Shown: positions 29,205-39,668, numbered from the stretch's first letter. The stretch: 64,000 nt of DNA from Candidatus Woesebacteria bacterium (GCA_020060565.1 JAGVAE010000002.1:243270-307269), one strand, 5' to 3'. Translations and numbers: made by a program. Notes: generated by a model not told the origin, from the sequence alone.

Positions 29205-29801
29205 TTAAATATTGTCTTTCTTCAGCCTCAATAGGTTAGTAACAGCTATCAATTCGCAACCTTCTTCTAAAGCTATTAGTTGATGATAAATATTAACAGG
29301 TATATGGCTTTGGGTGTTGACAAATTCTGTAACCAAAGCTATTGCAAAAAACACAAAAGAAAGAAATAGTATATTTTTTTCTTCCTGAGAAAAATATTTA
29401 ATAAGTCTAGCGATGTAAATTATCAGTACCAACAATAAAGGGAATAGAAGTAATATCCATGTGACTGATTTGTATCCAAGTTTATTTGCCATAAAAAGAA
29501 GATTTGAAGTAAATTCTGGGAATAATACTCTGAATATATTCTCTGTTTTTTCGTGTATGACTAACACTTCATCAATACCAATATATACCAGTAAAATACC
29601 AAACAATTTAAAACCAACCATTTTAAGTAAATATAAACCAATTATTATCGCTTTAATTCCTTGATAAAAAGTAGGTAGATTAAACTCGTAATCCAAATTG
29701 ACAAAACTAAAATGCATACCCCATATTAGATGAGATATGACCATCAATATATCAAAGATAAACAAAATAAAAACAATCCTTTTGTGAATAATCATGATCA
29801 A
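29205..29801 (-). CDS. Hypothetical integral membrane protein
   Basis: Multi-TM with NLD.E.NLPT, IDE...IHE and LEEGCE motifs. Confidence 0.7.
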   Translation of the reverse strand: MIMIIHKRIVFILFIFDILMVISHLIWGMHFSFVNLDYEFNLPTFYQGIKAIIIGLYLLKMVGFKLFGILLVYIGIDEVLVIHEKTENIFRVLFPEFTSNLLFMANKLGYKSVTWILLLFPLLLVLIIYIARLIKYFSQEEKNILFLSFVFFAIALVTEFVNTQSHIPVNIYHQLIALEEGCELIAVTNLLRLKKDNI

Positions 29802-29854
29802 ATATATTTTACTTTATTTTAAAGAACTAGATTGAAGAACTAAATGTGCAGCTA

Positions 29855-29896
29855 TTGACAAACAAATAGATAGAGCCTATACTGAATAGGTATTCA
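29855..29896 (+). promoter_or_regulatory. Sigma70 promoter with overlapping palindromic operator
   Basis: TTGACA-17-TATACT followed by TGAATA-GG-TATTCA. Confidence 0.7.
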
Positions 29897-29925
29897 ATAT
29901 AAATATATGAAAGGGGGTGAAAGAT

Positions 29926-30138
29926 ATGCCAAAATTTGATGGAACAGGACCACAAGGAATGGGTCCAATGACAGGACGAGGACTTGGTCCTTGTGGAGGG
30001 CGTATAAAACTTGGTGGAGGTCGAGGTTTTAGGTGTGGTTTGGGAAGGTGTTTCGGTTGGAAATCTCTATCCGATTACAAAAAGGCTCTTGAGGAAGAGC
30101 TTGAAGAAGTGAAAAAACAAGAAAAGGGCCTTAAATAA
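29926..30138 (+). CDS. DUF5320-family protein
   Basis: MPKFDGTGPQGMGPMTGRGLGPC, Gly/Arg-rich middle, coiled C-terminus; SD GGGGGTGA. Confidence 0.85.
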   Translation: MPKFDGTGPQGMGPMTGRGLGPCGGRIKLGGGRGFRCGLGRCFGWKSLSDYKKALEEELEEVKKQEKGLK

Positions 30139-30143
30139 TTATT

Positions 30144-30419
30144 ATGCCTAGACATAAAATGCTCCGCTGTGTGCGGTTTAATCCGGATGTTTATTATTTT
30201 AAACCTCAGGGTATTCCTTTAAGAATGCTTGAGGAAGTTGTACTTTTGCCTGACGAGGTTGAAGCACTAAAGTTGTATGAAGTAGATGGGTTGGAGCAGA
30301 TAAGAGCTTGTGAGAAAATGAAGATTTCTCAACCCACTTTTGCCAGAATATTAGCTAGTGCAAATAAAAAAATTTCGGAAGCCATAATTAAAGGAAAGGC
30401 TATTCGGATTGAAAAATAG
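30144..30419 (+). CDS. DUF134 family putative DNA-binding protein
   Basis: MPR..R...YFKPQG...DEVEALKL.EVDGL.Q...MKISQPTF.RIL.SA.KKI..AII.GKAIRIE. Confidence 0.9.
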   Translation: MPRHKMLRCVRFNPDVYYFKPQGIPLRMLEEVVLLPDEVEALKLYEVDGLEQIRACEKMKISQPTFARILASANKKISEAIIKGKAIRIEK

Positions 30420-30456
30420 TTTGTGATAATTGTGGTAAAATTCATAACGTGACCAT

Positions 30457-31380
30457 ATGACAAGAAACAAATTTTTACTTTTGTTAAGTGCAGTACTGTT
30501 TTTAATTATTAGTTTTGTTTATGTCAATTACAGAAGTGTTGTAATTCCTTCTGGTGATAAAGTAGCTGTAACCATTTTTCCACTTTACGATATCGTAAAA
30601 AATATTGCAGGAGACGAAGTAAAAGTTGTTAATATTCTTCCTCCAGGTGCCAGTCCTCACACCTTTGATCCAACTCCACAGGAAGTTAAAAAGATTGTAG
30701 GTAGTCGAGCAATATTTTCCATAGGTCATGGACTTGATAATTGGTCTCAAATATTAGCTAAATCAGTGGATATTAATAACATTATTACAGTCGACAAAAA
30801 TATAGAATTGATTGATAGTACTCACGAACATGGGGAAGTTGAAGATGAACATGAACATGAAAGTGAAAGTGATGGGAAGGACCCTCACTACTGGCTATCT
30901 GTACCAAACGCTATTGGTATTGCATCTCAGATAAAGGATGAATTATCAAATTTATTTCCAGAAAAAACCTCACAATTTGAAGAGAACTTTAATGATTACG
31001 AAATACGTCTGCAAAACTTGGATACTGATATATATTCAAAATTTAAGAAATTACCTAACAATAAAATTTCCACCTTTCATAATGCATGGGCATATTTCGG
31101 AAGAGATCATGGGCTGGTGATTACTACCACTTTTGAAGAATTTCCTGGTGAAGAGCCTACTGTAGAATATTTGAAAGAGTTTCAAAAGAAGATAAAAGAT
31201 AATAATGTCAAAGTAATTTTTTCTGAACCCCAATTTTCTACGAAGTCTCTTGAACCAATCGTAAAAGATCTGGATATTACAATTTCTACTCTTGATCCAA
31301 TTGGAGGGGTCCCCGGCCGTGAATCTTTTGAGGCATTAATGAATTACAATGCCGAAAAGATTATCAACGCTTTACAATGA
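30457..31380 (+). CDS. znuA: Zn/Mn ABC transporter substrate-binding protein
   Basis: SPHTFDP, His/Glu-rich loop, DPHYWL, TFHNAW, LDPI. Confidence 0.85.
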   Translation: MTRNKFLLLLSAVLFLIISFVYVNYRSVVIPSGDKVAVTIFPLYDIVKNIAGDEVKVVNILPPGASPHTFDPTPQEVKKIVGSRAIFSIGHGLDNWSQILAKSVDINNIITVDKNIELIDSTHEHGEVEDEHEHESESDGKDPHYWLSVPNAIGIASQIKDELSNLFPEKTSQFEENFNDYEIRLQNLDTDIYSKFKKLPNNKISTFHNAWAYFGRDHGLVITTTFEEFPGEEPTVEYLKEFQKKIKDNNVKVIFSEPQFSTKSLEPIVKDLDITISTLDPIGGVPGRESFEALMNYNAEKIINALQ

Positions 31381-32108
31381 AACAAAACGCACTTGAGGTA
31401 AAAGACCTAACTGTCACATATCCTGAATATGCCAACAATGCTATAGAAAATGTGACCTTTTCAGTTGAGGAAGGAACAATGGCCGCCCTTATTGGTCCCA
31501 ACGGTTCGGGAAAGACATCAATAATAAGAAGTATATTGGGGCTTATTGACTATAAAGGAGAAATAAAAGTGTTTGGTAAGCCTGTGCATGAAGCCCGACA
31601 CACCATAGGGTATGTACCCCAAAGGTTCTCATTTGATCCAACTTTTCCAGTTACCGTTTTTGAATTCATATCAATGGTGCTTTCTGAAAATACAAAGAAA
31701 AAACATTTGATTTCGGAAACTCTAGATTATGTTGAGGGAACGGATTTGGTGGGTAGGAAACTATCATCTTTGTCCGGGGGACAGCTGCAAAGAGTTCTTC
31801 TAGCTCGGGCACTGGTTAAAAAACCATCACTTCTTTTACTTGATGAGCCTGAAGCGGGTGTTGATATTGGTGGCGAGCAAACATTTTATGATTTAATGGA
31901 AAAGCTGGTTAAGGATGAAAAAATAACCGCGCTTATTGCAAGTCATGAACTTGATATTGTTTATGCCTATGCCCAGAAAGCAATATGTGTAAATAAAAAG
32001 ATGCTTTGTTCTGGAGTTCCTAAGGAGGTATTAAATCAGGAAACTTTCTTGGAGCTTTATGGCAGGGGTCTAAAGTTTTTTGGTCATACAGGTCATCACC
32101 ACAGCTAA
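31377..32108 (+). CDS. znuC: Metal ABC transporter ATP-binding protein
   Basis: GPNGSGKT, IGYVPQ, LSGGQLQRVLLARAL, LDEP, His-rich tail. Confidence 0.85.
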   Translation: MKQNALEVKDLTVTYPEYANNAIENVTFSVEEGTMAALIGPNGSGKTSIIRSILGLIDYKGEIKVFGKPVHEARHTIGYVPQRFSFDPTFPVTVFEFISMVLSENTKKKHLISETLDYVEGTDLVGRKLSSLSGGQLQRVLLARALVKKPSLLLLDEPEAGVDIGGEQTFYDLMEKLVKDEKITALIASHELDIVYAYAQKAICVNKKMLCSGVPKEVLNQETFLELYGRGLKFFGHTGHHHS

Positions 32109-32113
32109 CAAAT

Positions 32114-32923
32114 ATGCAAGAAATTATCGGTTCACTACAATATCCTTTTGTTCAACGAGCCCTCTTGGGTGGAATTTTGGTTGCGGTTTTGACATCATGG
32201 ATGGGAATCTTGGTGGTTCTCAGACAATCATCTTTTTTTGGTGATGCAATTGCTCACTCATCATTAATGGGAATTGCCCTGGGGCTTCTTTTGGGAATCA
32301 ATCCGATTGCGGTTGCAGCCATCTATGCCATTTTCGTTTCGTTTCTTCTTCCTTTTTTGAGAAAACACAGTCATTTGCCGCAAGACTCACTTCTAGGGTT
32401 TATCCTCCCTTTTTCAATGGGACTTGGGGTAATACTTCTGGCATTAATTCCGGGTTACCAACCTGAGCTTATAAGTTTTTTATTTGGTAGTATTTTAGCA
32501 ATCGGTTGGGGAGATATTGCAATAACTGCGATATTAGCTTTGGTTACTTTCCTTGTGATGTTTATTCTTAGAGGTAAACTTACATTTGCTTCTTTTGATA
32601 GCGAATACGCAAAAGTGACTGGAATAAAAGTGTCTATGATAGATACTATTTACCATGTTCTACTTGCCGTAACTGTTGTTGCAGGTATACGTCTAGTGGG
32701 TATTATACTCGTTAATGCTCTTTTGGTTATTCCTGCAAGTACGGTAAGACTCTTTGCCCGTTCCTTAAAGGATATGTTTATATTTACTCCTATTTTGGCA
32801 ATTATTATTATGATTGTGGGACTTTTAGCATCTTTCACTTTTGACATACCTTCAGGCCCAACAATTGCCGTTACTTCGGGTCTGCTGTTTTTGATAACAC
32901 TTGTTTTTACAAAATTTAAATGA
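32114..32923 (+). CDS. znuB: Metal ABC transporter permease
   Basis: FFGDAIAHSSL, FLFGSIL, VGIILVNALLVIPA, PSGPTI. Confidence 0.85.
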   Translation: MQEIIGSLQYPFVQRALLGGILVAVLTSWMGILVVLRQSSFFGDAIAHSSLMGIALGLLLGINPIAVAAIYAIFVSFLLPFLRKHSHLPQDSLLGFILPFSMGLGVILLALIPGYQPELISFLFGSILAIGWGDIAITAILALVTFLVMFILRGKLTFASFDSEYAKVTGIKVSMIDTIYHVLLAVTVVAGIRLVGIILVNALLVIPASTVRLFARSLKDMFIFTPILAIIIMIVGLLASFTFDIPSGPTIAVTSGLLFLITLVFTKFK

Positions 32924-33996
32924 AAAAAATAGTGATTTCAATTGCTATCATCGTTTTGGGTTTTTCATTTGCTTTATCTCCAATAAAAGCTCAAGAAACA
33001 GAGCTAGAAGGGCATATTGAAGAATCTTTAGAGGCAAAAGTGACGCAAGTGTTAGTAGAAAAGACACAGAAATTAAGACTGTTGGTGACTAAGGGGTCTT
33101 TAAAGGATAGAGAAATTGAAATTGAAAGCGGGAATATTCCCTCGGTTAATCTACCCAAATATAAAATTGGAGATAAAGTAATTGTTTCATATTCTAAAGA
33201 TTTTGATGGAAACGACTTTTTCTACATTACAGACTTTGTTAGACGTGATTCTTTAGTTTGGCTGTTTTTAATTTTCATTGTGGTTACGGTTACTATTGCC
33301 AGGTGGCGTGGTCTACTTTCACTTCTGGGAATGGGTCTTTCTTTTTTGGTAATCTTTCTTCTAATTCTTCCCAGGATTTTGGCGGGGGATAATCCGGTAG
33401 AAATTGCGATATTGGGTTCACTCATAATTATTCCCGTCACATTTTTCCTTTCTCACGGATTTAATAAAAAGACAGGAGTTGCAATTGCAGGGACACTAGT
33501 TGCTTTGGTTGTTACAGGAATACTTTCAGGATTTTTTGTTGAAGCTTCAAAATTAACAGGTTTTGCTTCTGAGGAGGCAGCTTTTCTTCAATCAGCAAAA
33601 GATGGTCTGGTAAACATTAAAGGACTCCTTTTAGCAGGAATCATTATTGGAGTTTTGGGAGTACTTGATGATATTACAATTTCCCAATCAGCCATTGTTT
33701 TTCAACTCAAAGAAGCCAATGAAAAAATGAAGTTTAAAGAACTTTACAAAAGGGCCATGAGTGTTGGACAGGATCATATATCCTCAATGGTTAATACCCT
33801 AATCTTAGTTTACACAGGGGCATCTCTACCCCTTCTTCTTTTATTTATTAATAATCCCCATCCTTTTTCTGAAGTGATAAATTATGAGATTGTTGCTGAT
33901 GAAATAGTTAGAACGTTGGTGGGAAGCATAGGACTTGTTTTAGCTGTTCCTGTAACAACTTTGCTGGCGGCATTAGTAGTAGATAAAAAAATATGA
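32920..33996 (+). CDS. YibE/F family membrane protein
   Basis: GIIIGVLGVLDDITISQ, VGQDHISSMVNTLILVYTG, EIVRTLVGSIGLVLAVPVTT. Confidence 0.9.
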   Translation: MKKIVISIAIIVLGFSFALSPIKAQETELEGHIEESLEAKVTQVLVEKTQKLRLLVTKGSLKDREIEIESGNIPSVNLPKYKIGDKVIVSYSKDFDGNDFFYITDFVRRDSLVWLFLIFIVVTVTIARWRGLLSLLGMGLSFLVIFLLILPRILAGDNPVEIAILGSLIIIPVTFFLSHGFNKKTGVAIAGTLVALVVTGILSGFFVEASKLTGFASEEAAFLQSAKDGLVNIKGLLLAGIIIGVLGVLDDITISQSAIVFQLKEANEKMKFKELYKRAMSVGQDHISSMVNTLILVYTGASLPLLLLFINNPHPFSEVINYEIVADEIVRTLVGSIGLVLAVPVTTLLAALVVDKKI

Positions 33997-34265
33997 AGGT
34001 AATAAAAATTGGTGCTGTCTGGTGTAATGGCTGTCTTGTTATGCGTCCACGCTGGATAGAAATAGAAAAAGAAAATCCATGGCTTAATACTGAATATTTA
34101 GATTATGATAAAAACAGAGAGATTATGAAAAAATATAAGGTTGAGAGCGGAAAACTTCCTGTATTTATATTTCTAGGAAAAGACGGCAATGAAATTATAC
34201 GTCTTTTTGGGGAGATCGAGAAAAAAGACTTATTAAAAACTGTCGACAAGTATAAAAATCTATAA
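33993..34265 (+). CDS. Thioredoxin-like protein
   Basis: WCNGC and cis-Pro LPVFIF. Confidence 0.85.
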   Translation: MKVIKIGAVWCNGCLVMRPRWIEIEKENPWLNTEYLDYDKNREIMKKYKVESGKLPVFIFLGKDGNEIIRLFGEIEKKDLLKTVDKYKNL

Positions 34266-34270
34266 AAATT

Positions 34271-35461
34271 ATGTTTAAGAAAATAATTGCGATATTTTTT
34301 GTTTTGTTTTTTTTGTTTATTCCTGATTTGGTTTCGGCTCAGGAAAACAAAGTAAATATATATTTCTTTTGGTCACAATCCTGCCCCCACTGTGCTAAAG
34401 AAAAAGCATTTCTTCAGGAAATTGCACCCAAGTATCCCAATTTAGTACTTCACGATTATGAAGTGAATTTGACGGAAAACTATTCATTGTTGCAAAAAAT
34501 TGGCGATGAATTGAACATTGTAACGGGTGGAGTGCCAATTACGATTATTGGTAATTCACATTTTGTAGGATATTTGGATGACGAGACAACCGGTCAGACA
34601 ATAATTAATTTGATTGAAGAGGTAAGTTTAAAAGGAGATTCTAATTCTGTTGGAAAAATTATCAGTAGCAAAGAAGAAACGGTTGTACCGACGTCAAATA
34701 TTAAAAGTGTTCCCGAACAAATTAAAGTTCCTATTCTAGGTAGTGTTGATACCAAGAAACTTTCCCTGCCAATTTTAACCATTGTGATAGCTGCGATGGA
34801 TGGTTTTAATCCTTGTGCTATGTGGACTCTTTTATTCCTTATAAGTCTTCTTTTAGGAATGAAAGATAGAAAAAGGATGTGGATATTGGGTGGTACGTTT
34901 ATTGTCACATCAGCGGTTGTTTATTTTCTTTTCCTTTCTGCGTGGCTTAATCTATTTTTATTCTTGGGTTTTATTGTTTGGGTTCGTATTGCCATTGGAA
35001 TTTTGGCAATTGGGGCAGGTGGATATTATCTCAGGGATTATGTCAAAAACAAATCTGGTGGTTGTAATGTAATGGGGGACACAAAAAGACAAAAGATATT
35101 TGAAAAAATCAGAGATATAACCCAAAGAAAAGAATTTCTTCTAGCACTTGGTGGAATAATCATTCTTGCCTTGACGGTTAATATAGTTGAACTTGTTTGT
35201 TCTGCAGGACTTCCTGCGATTTATACCCAAATACTAAGTCTTTCTCATTTAAATCCATGGCAGCACTATGGATATTTACTTTTATATGTTTTGATATTCA
35301 TGCTGGATGATTTGTTTATTTTCTTCACAGCCATGATTACACTCCAGGCAACAGGAATTCAAAGTAAATATTCAAGGTTTTCCCATCTTGTTGGAGGAGT
35401 ATTGATGGTAATTATTGGTTTACTTCTTCTATTTAAACCGGAACTTCTGATGTTTGGGTAA
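34271..35461 (+). CDS. Glutaredoxin-like domain fused to a DsbD/CcdA-like membrane domain
   Basis: Signal peptide, CPHC, GVP; TM part with DGFNPCAMW and VELVCSAGLP. Confidence 0.85.
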   Translation: MFKKIIAIFFVLFFLFIPDLVSAQENKVNIYFFWSQSCPHCAKEKAFLQEIAPKYPNLVLHDYEVNLTENYSLLQKIGDELNIVTGGVPITIIGNSHFVGYLDDETTGQTIINLIEEVSLKGDSNSVGKIISSKEETVVPTSNIKSVPEQIKVPILGSVDTKKLSLPILTIVIAAMDGFNPCAMWTLLFLISLLLGMKDRKRMWILGGTFIVTSAVVYFLFLSAWLNLFLFLGFIVWVRIAIGILAIGAGGYYLRDYVKNKSGGCNVMGDTKRQKIFEKIRDITQRKEFLLALGGIIILALTVNIVELVCSAGLPAIYTQILSLSHLNPWQHYGYLLLYVLIFMLDDLFIFFTAMITLQATGIQSKYSRFSHLVGGVLMVIIGLLLLFKPELLMFG

Positions 35462-35491
35462 GTCCTTTTGTGTTAATCCTCTCTCAGAATT

Positions 35492-36289
35492 TTAAGGATC
35501 AATAACCCATTTATCACCATTACCGGGATCTATCGTTCCTGGGTCGATTGTGTTTCCTGGATTGCCTTGGACGGTATTGGGTGATGTATTCATATTTCCT
35601 CCTGCGGGCACTGGTTCGTTAATTGTTCCACCTGTTTTGATTTCCACAGTTTTAATATCATTAGTAGCAGATCCACCACTAGTTGTTCCTGGAGCAAACA
35701 TCAATTTTGAACCTCCTTCGTAGATCACTCCTGAAGTTCCTCCTGGCCCTGTTCCTGGGGCCCACACATGTTCAACTTTGTTTAAAAATTCAGTTTGTCC
35801 TTCTGTTCCGTTTACTTCCACAACCCTTTGTGCCACTCGATTTACAACCTGCTCCTGAATTTGAATAACATTTTGTTTTCCATCTTCACCAACTTTTGTT
35901 TTAATTTTTTCCATGGTCTTTTGTTGTTCTATCGTTCTTTCTGCAACTATTCCCAAAACTTTTCCGTCACCAATTTCTGTTAACAAATGATTTTGTCTTT
36001 CTTTTATTTCTGCATAATTGTAAAGTACGCCCTGCACTTTTTCGTTATTTCCTTCTTCTGTATAGTTTTGTGCCATAGTTAGCCTTTTTTCAGCTTGTTT
36101 TTCCAATACGGCTATTTTATTTTCAATCCTAAAGGCAAAGAAATATTCAATTCCCTCTTGGATTTTTAGTACGATCGAATCCTCTGAAGTGAATACTTGT
36201 TGTAGATCAACTGCTTTTGAAGTCTTTGGAGTAAGGAAACAGACGGAGAAGAAAAACAATACCAATAAAAATATCTTTTTAATATTCAT
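35492..36289 (-). CDS. Secreted hypothetical protein (helical DUF5667-like N domain, G/T/P-rich tail)
   Basis: Signal peptide; AEKRL helical region; repeated APGT and TIDPG units. Confidence 0.6.
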   Translation of the reverse strand: MNIKKIFLLVLFFFSVCFLTPKTSKAVDLQQVFTSEDSIVLKIQEGIEYFFAFRIENKIAVLEKQAEKRLTMAQNYTEEGNNEKVQGVLYNYAEIKERQNHLLTEIGDGKVLGIVAERTIEQQKTMEKIKTKVGEDGKQNVIQIQEQVVNRVAQRVVEVNGTEGQTEFLNKVEHVWAPGTGPGGTSGVIYEGGSKLMFAPGTTSGGSATNDIKTVEIKTGGTINEPVPAGGNMNTSPNTVQGNPGNTIDPGTIDPGNGDKWVIDP

Positions 36290-36454
36290 CTAACTTAATG
36301 ATATACCAATCGTTGTTAACAAATCAAACAGATTTACTTGGTGTGTGACCACTAGGGTGCACTGTTTGGTTGTGGAACCAGGATTCCTTCACTAGATATA
36401 ATATCCACGACTATATTTCATGCTGTATACTTATAATAATTTATAGAAAATATC

Positions 36455-36853
36455 ATGTTTATAAAACTTTACCTTATTGCGTTTACTGTATTTTTAGCCA
36501 TTGACGCGGTTTGGCTTACCCTGATTGCTAAAAATTTTTATGCAAAATATATAGGGTATTTGATGGCTAAAAATCCAAATCTTATCGCAGCTTTAATTTT
36601 TTATCTTATTTTTATTGCAGGTCTTGTATTTTTTGTCATTAATCCTGCACTCGATAAAAAAATGTGGACACATGCACTTCTAGCGGGTGTATTTTTTGGA
36701 CTTGTTACCTATGCAACTTATGATCTTACCAACCTTGCAACTGTAAAAGACTGGCCATTAACTGTCACAATAGTTGATCTTATTTGGGGAATGTTTGTAT
36801 CTGCCGCAGTATCAGTTGCCACCTACTTTATAGCTCTTAAATTGGGATTATGA
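36455..36853 (+). CDS. DUF2177 family membrane protein
   Basis: [29 protein letters not shown]. Confidence 0.9.
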   Translation: MFIKLYLIAFTVFLAIDAVWLTLIAKNFYAKYIGYLMAKNPNLIAALIFYLIFIAGLVFFVINPALDKKMWTHALLAGVFFGLVTYATYDLTNLATVKDWPLTVTIVDLIWGMFVSAAVSVATYFIALKLGL

Positions 36854-37614
36854 ATTATTACCTTCTGCTTGCCACATCACTTCTGGGGTATATGACTTTT
36901 TGGTTTATTGTTTCTGTTATTAAAAAAAGAAATGATGTAGCAGATATTGCATGGGGGCTGGGGTTTGTACTTTTAGCATGGCTTTCATTTTATATATCTG
37001 GTTATTCATTTAAAGCACTTTTAGTAAACAGTTTAGTGACTGTTTGGGGACTACGGCTTGCTTGGCATATTTACAATCGTAATAAAAATAAACCTGAGGA
37101 TTCAAGGTACTTTGAGTGGAGAAAAACATGGAAGAATTTTTACTTAAGAAGTTTTTTACAAGTATTTTTACTTCAGGGAATTTTTCTGTTTTTAATCTCC
37201 CTTCCTGTGATGTATATAAACCATTCGGTTGCAAATGGTTTTGGAATATTAGAAGTCCTTGGACTTTTTGTTTGGAGTCTTGGTTTTTATTTTGAGAGTA
37301 CTGGAGATAGACAACTTAAAGAGTTTATTGCAAACCCCATAAATAAAGGTAAGTTGATGGATAGAGGACTATGGCGGTACTCGCGCCATCCAAATTATTT
37401 TGGAGAGGTAACTCAGTGGTGGGGAATTTTTATCATTTCGCTTTCTATACAAGGTTCGTTCTTTACGATAATTGGGCCGCTAACGATTATTCTATTAATT
37501 CTTTTTGTTTCGGGTATTCCACTTCTTGAGAAAAAATATGAAGGCCGACCGGACTGGGAAGAATATAAAAAGAGAACGAGCATTTTTATTCCACTACCTC
37601 CAAAACGACGCTGA
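36850..37614 (+). CDS. DUF1295 family (steroid 5-alpha reductase-like) membrane protein
   Basis: [30 protein letters not shown]. Confidence 0.9.
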   Translation: MNYYLLLATSLLGYMTFWFIVSVIKKRNDVADIAWGLGFVLLAWLSFYISGYSFKALLVNSLVTVWGLRLAWHIYNRNKNKPEDSRYFEWRKTWKNFYLRSFLQVFLLQGIFLFLISLPVMYINHSVANGFGILEVLGLFVWSLGFYFESTGDRQLKEFIANPINKGKLMDRGLWRYSRHPNYFGEVTQWWGIFIISLSIQGSFFTIIGPLTIILLILFVSGIPLLEKKYEGRPDWEEYKKRTSIFIPLPPKRR

Positions 37615-37676
37615 ATAACAAAGGTATAGTCAGACGGTCAATTTTGCCACTTACGGTCGCTTGGTGTCCAATCTTG

Positions 37677-37747
37677 CTGCCCGACCTCGATTCGAACGAG
37701 GATTAAATGGTCCAGAACCATTTGGCCTACCGTTAGCCGATCGGGCA
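37677..37747 (-). tRNA. tRNA-Gln(CTG), CCA not encoded
   Basis: TGCCCGA acceptor, AATGG-TT CTG GA-CCATT anticodon arm, GTTCGAAT T loop. Confidence 0.95.
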
Positions 37748-37777
37748 TTATATAGAAACAGGCATATTATATCATTC

Positions 37778-38815
37778 CTAGCCTGTGAGTTTGGAGAAAT
37801 GGGGAATTTTGTGGATTAGATATGCAATTGTAAAAGACATTGTAGCAACAAATGCAAAGAAGATGGGGTCAAATACTATTTTTCCCAAGTCATTTCCACT
37901 TAGAAAGTTGAATAGATTGTGTCCAGTGTATTTCCACAAAACCTCAAGAATTATTACATGGATAAAAAAGACAAGGTAGGAAAGTTTTGAAAATCTTTCT
38001 ACTATTGCAAATTGGAGTCTACTTTTATCGAAGGCATAGAAAAGAACCAGGAATGAAGTTAGAGTGTAAAAAAAGACACTAGGTCTCCATTGGGAATAAA
38101 AAGCTAGGTAACTACCAGATATGTTAAAACCAATTTTACCTTCTAGAAAAATATATACTCCTAAAATGGTTGTGACTAAAATTAAATAGTACCTCCATTT
38201 TTTTACTACTTCCATAATCCTGTTTTTATTTCTTGCTGCAATTATTCCAATAATGAAGAAGAAAAAGCTTAAAATTGTAATTCTTATTGGATCTGGGTAT
38301 TCAAACTTGTCGATCACATAATCCCAATAAAGAAGACTAGTTTGAATAACTCCAAGTCCGACTAGAACAAATATGTTTGATAGATATTTGTAAAACCTGT
38401 GAAGTAGAGGAAAAATTATGTAAAAGATTGCCAAAGTTGGGATAAAATAAAGTTGGTAAGAAGCGTCTCCCGTCAAAATTACATGCAATAAATTTTCGCG
38501 GTTTTGGGTGTAAACAAAAAAATAATATATAAGACTCCATAAAATATACGGCAGAAGTATCTTAGAAAGCCTTTTTTTGAGGTATGACCAAAAGTTAGTA
38601 TGATTTTGATAATTAAGTTCCAGCACAAATCCAGATATCAAGATAAATAAAGGAACTGCAAAACGGGCAATTTGATTTAGAAACAAGGTAAATGGGAAAT
38701 TAGTTAAGTCATTGTGGGTGTACTCGATTGCCCGTGTTGTAGTGTGAATTAAGATTACTGCAAGGATGGATATGGTCCGTATCGCATCAATTGATTTGAC
38801 GTACCGCTTCTCCAT
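37778..38815 (-). CDS. Acyltransferase family 3 (OafA-like) membrane protein
   Basis: IDAIRTISILAVILIH, FAVPLFILISG, KRLSKILLPY, SYLVFFIH. Confidence 0.9.
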   Translation of the reverse strand: MEKRYVKSIDAIRTISILAVILIHTTTRAIEYTHNDLTNFPFTLFLNQIARFAVPLFILISGFVLELNYQNHTNFWSYLKKRLSKILLPYILWSLIYYFFVYTQNRENLLHVILTGDASYQLYFIPTLAIFYIIFPLLHRFYKYLSNIFVLVGLGVIQTSLLYWDYVIDKFEYPDPIRITILSFFFFIIGIIAARNKNRIMEVVKKWRYYLILVTTILGVYIFLEGKIGFNISGSYLAFYSQWRPSVFFYTLTSFLVLFYAFDKSRLQFAIVERFSKLSYLVFFIHVIILEVLWKYTGHNLFNFLSGNDLGKIVFDPIFFAFVATMSFTIAYLIHKIPHFSKLTG

Positions 38816-38818
38816 ATT

Positions 38819-39184
38819 TTAAAAAAGTAGGATGAGCTTTGGAAGAAAAAGAAGTATTCCGATTATTAAAGACCCAATTGAAGCAATAAGTACTGCTCCT
38901 GCCACCACATCCTTTGCCAGCTTGGCTTTAGGGTGAATTTGTGGACTTGCAAGATCAACAACTGCTTCGATAGACGTATTTACGAGTTCCAGAACCAGAA
39001 CAAATGTTATTGCGATTATAAGGGCTAACCATTCGGTTGTAGAAATATTAAGAAAAATTCCAAGGGCAATAGCCAAAACACCTAATATGATTTGAATTTT
39101 GAAATTTCTACCTTTTTTTATTGCTGCCACAAGTCCTTCAAATGCGTATCCAAAACTTTTAAGTAAAGAGTGTTTGTGTTCCAT
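38819..39184 (-). CDS. dgkA: Diacylglycerol/undecaprenol kinase family protein
   Basis: SFGYAFEG, ELVNTSIEAVVD, AKLAKDVVAGAVL. Confidence 0.88.
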   Translation of the reverse strand: MEHKHSLLKSFGYAFEGLVAAIKKGRNFKIQIILGVLAIALGIFLNISTTEWLALIIAITFVLVLELVNTSIEAVVDLASPQIHPKAKLAKDVVAGAVLIASIGSLIIGILLFLPKLILLF

Positions 39185-39206
39185 AAGACTATGATACCAT
39201 TTATAT

Positions 39207-39668
39207 ATGCAAGATTTAATTATCATGTATTTGGCATCTTTTCTTATCTATTTTCTTTTTTTAGGACTTGGTATTTTATGGTTTATTGATGGAAAGATTA
39301 AAAAAGCACAAGTAAAACATGCTCTTTTTGCGTGCGTGGTTGCTTGTATAGTAGCTGTGGCTATTAAGTATTTTTTTCCCACAATAAGACCCTTTGTGGT
39401 TAATGGTGGGGATGTTGGGGTAATTGTTCCACCCACAAATGGAGCATTTCCTTCAGAACACACTATTATAGCCTTTGCTTTGGCGGTAACTATTTTTCTG
39501 CATGACAGGCGAGTTGGTTGGTTATTTTTGATATCCGCTTTAATCATTGGGGTTGCAAGAATTATTGCAAACGTTCACTATCCAATAGATATTGTTGGGG
39601 GGGCTTTTTTAGGGACGATTATTGCTGTTATTGTAGAGAAAGTGCATTTTGGTAAGATCCACTCTTGA
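39207..39668 (+). CDS. PAP2 phosphatase (undecaprenyl-diphosphatase-like)
   Basis: K....RP, FPSEH, ARIIANVHYPID. Confidence 0.9.
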   Translation: MQDLIIMYLASFLIYFLFLGLGILWFIDGKIKKAQVKHALFACVVACIVAVAIKYFFPTIRPFVVNGGDVGVIVPPTNGAFPSEHTIIAFALAVTIFLHDRRVGWLFLISALIIGVARIIANVHYPIDIVGGAFLGTIIAVIVEKVHFGKIHS

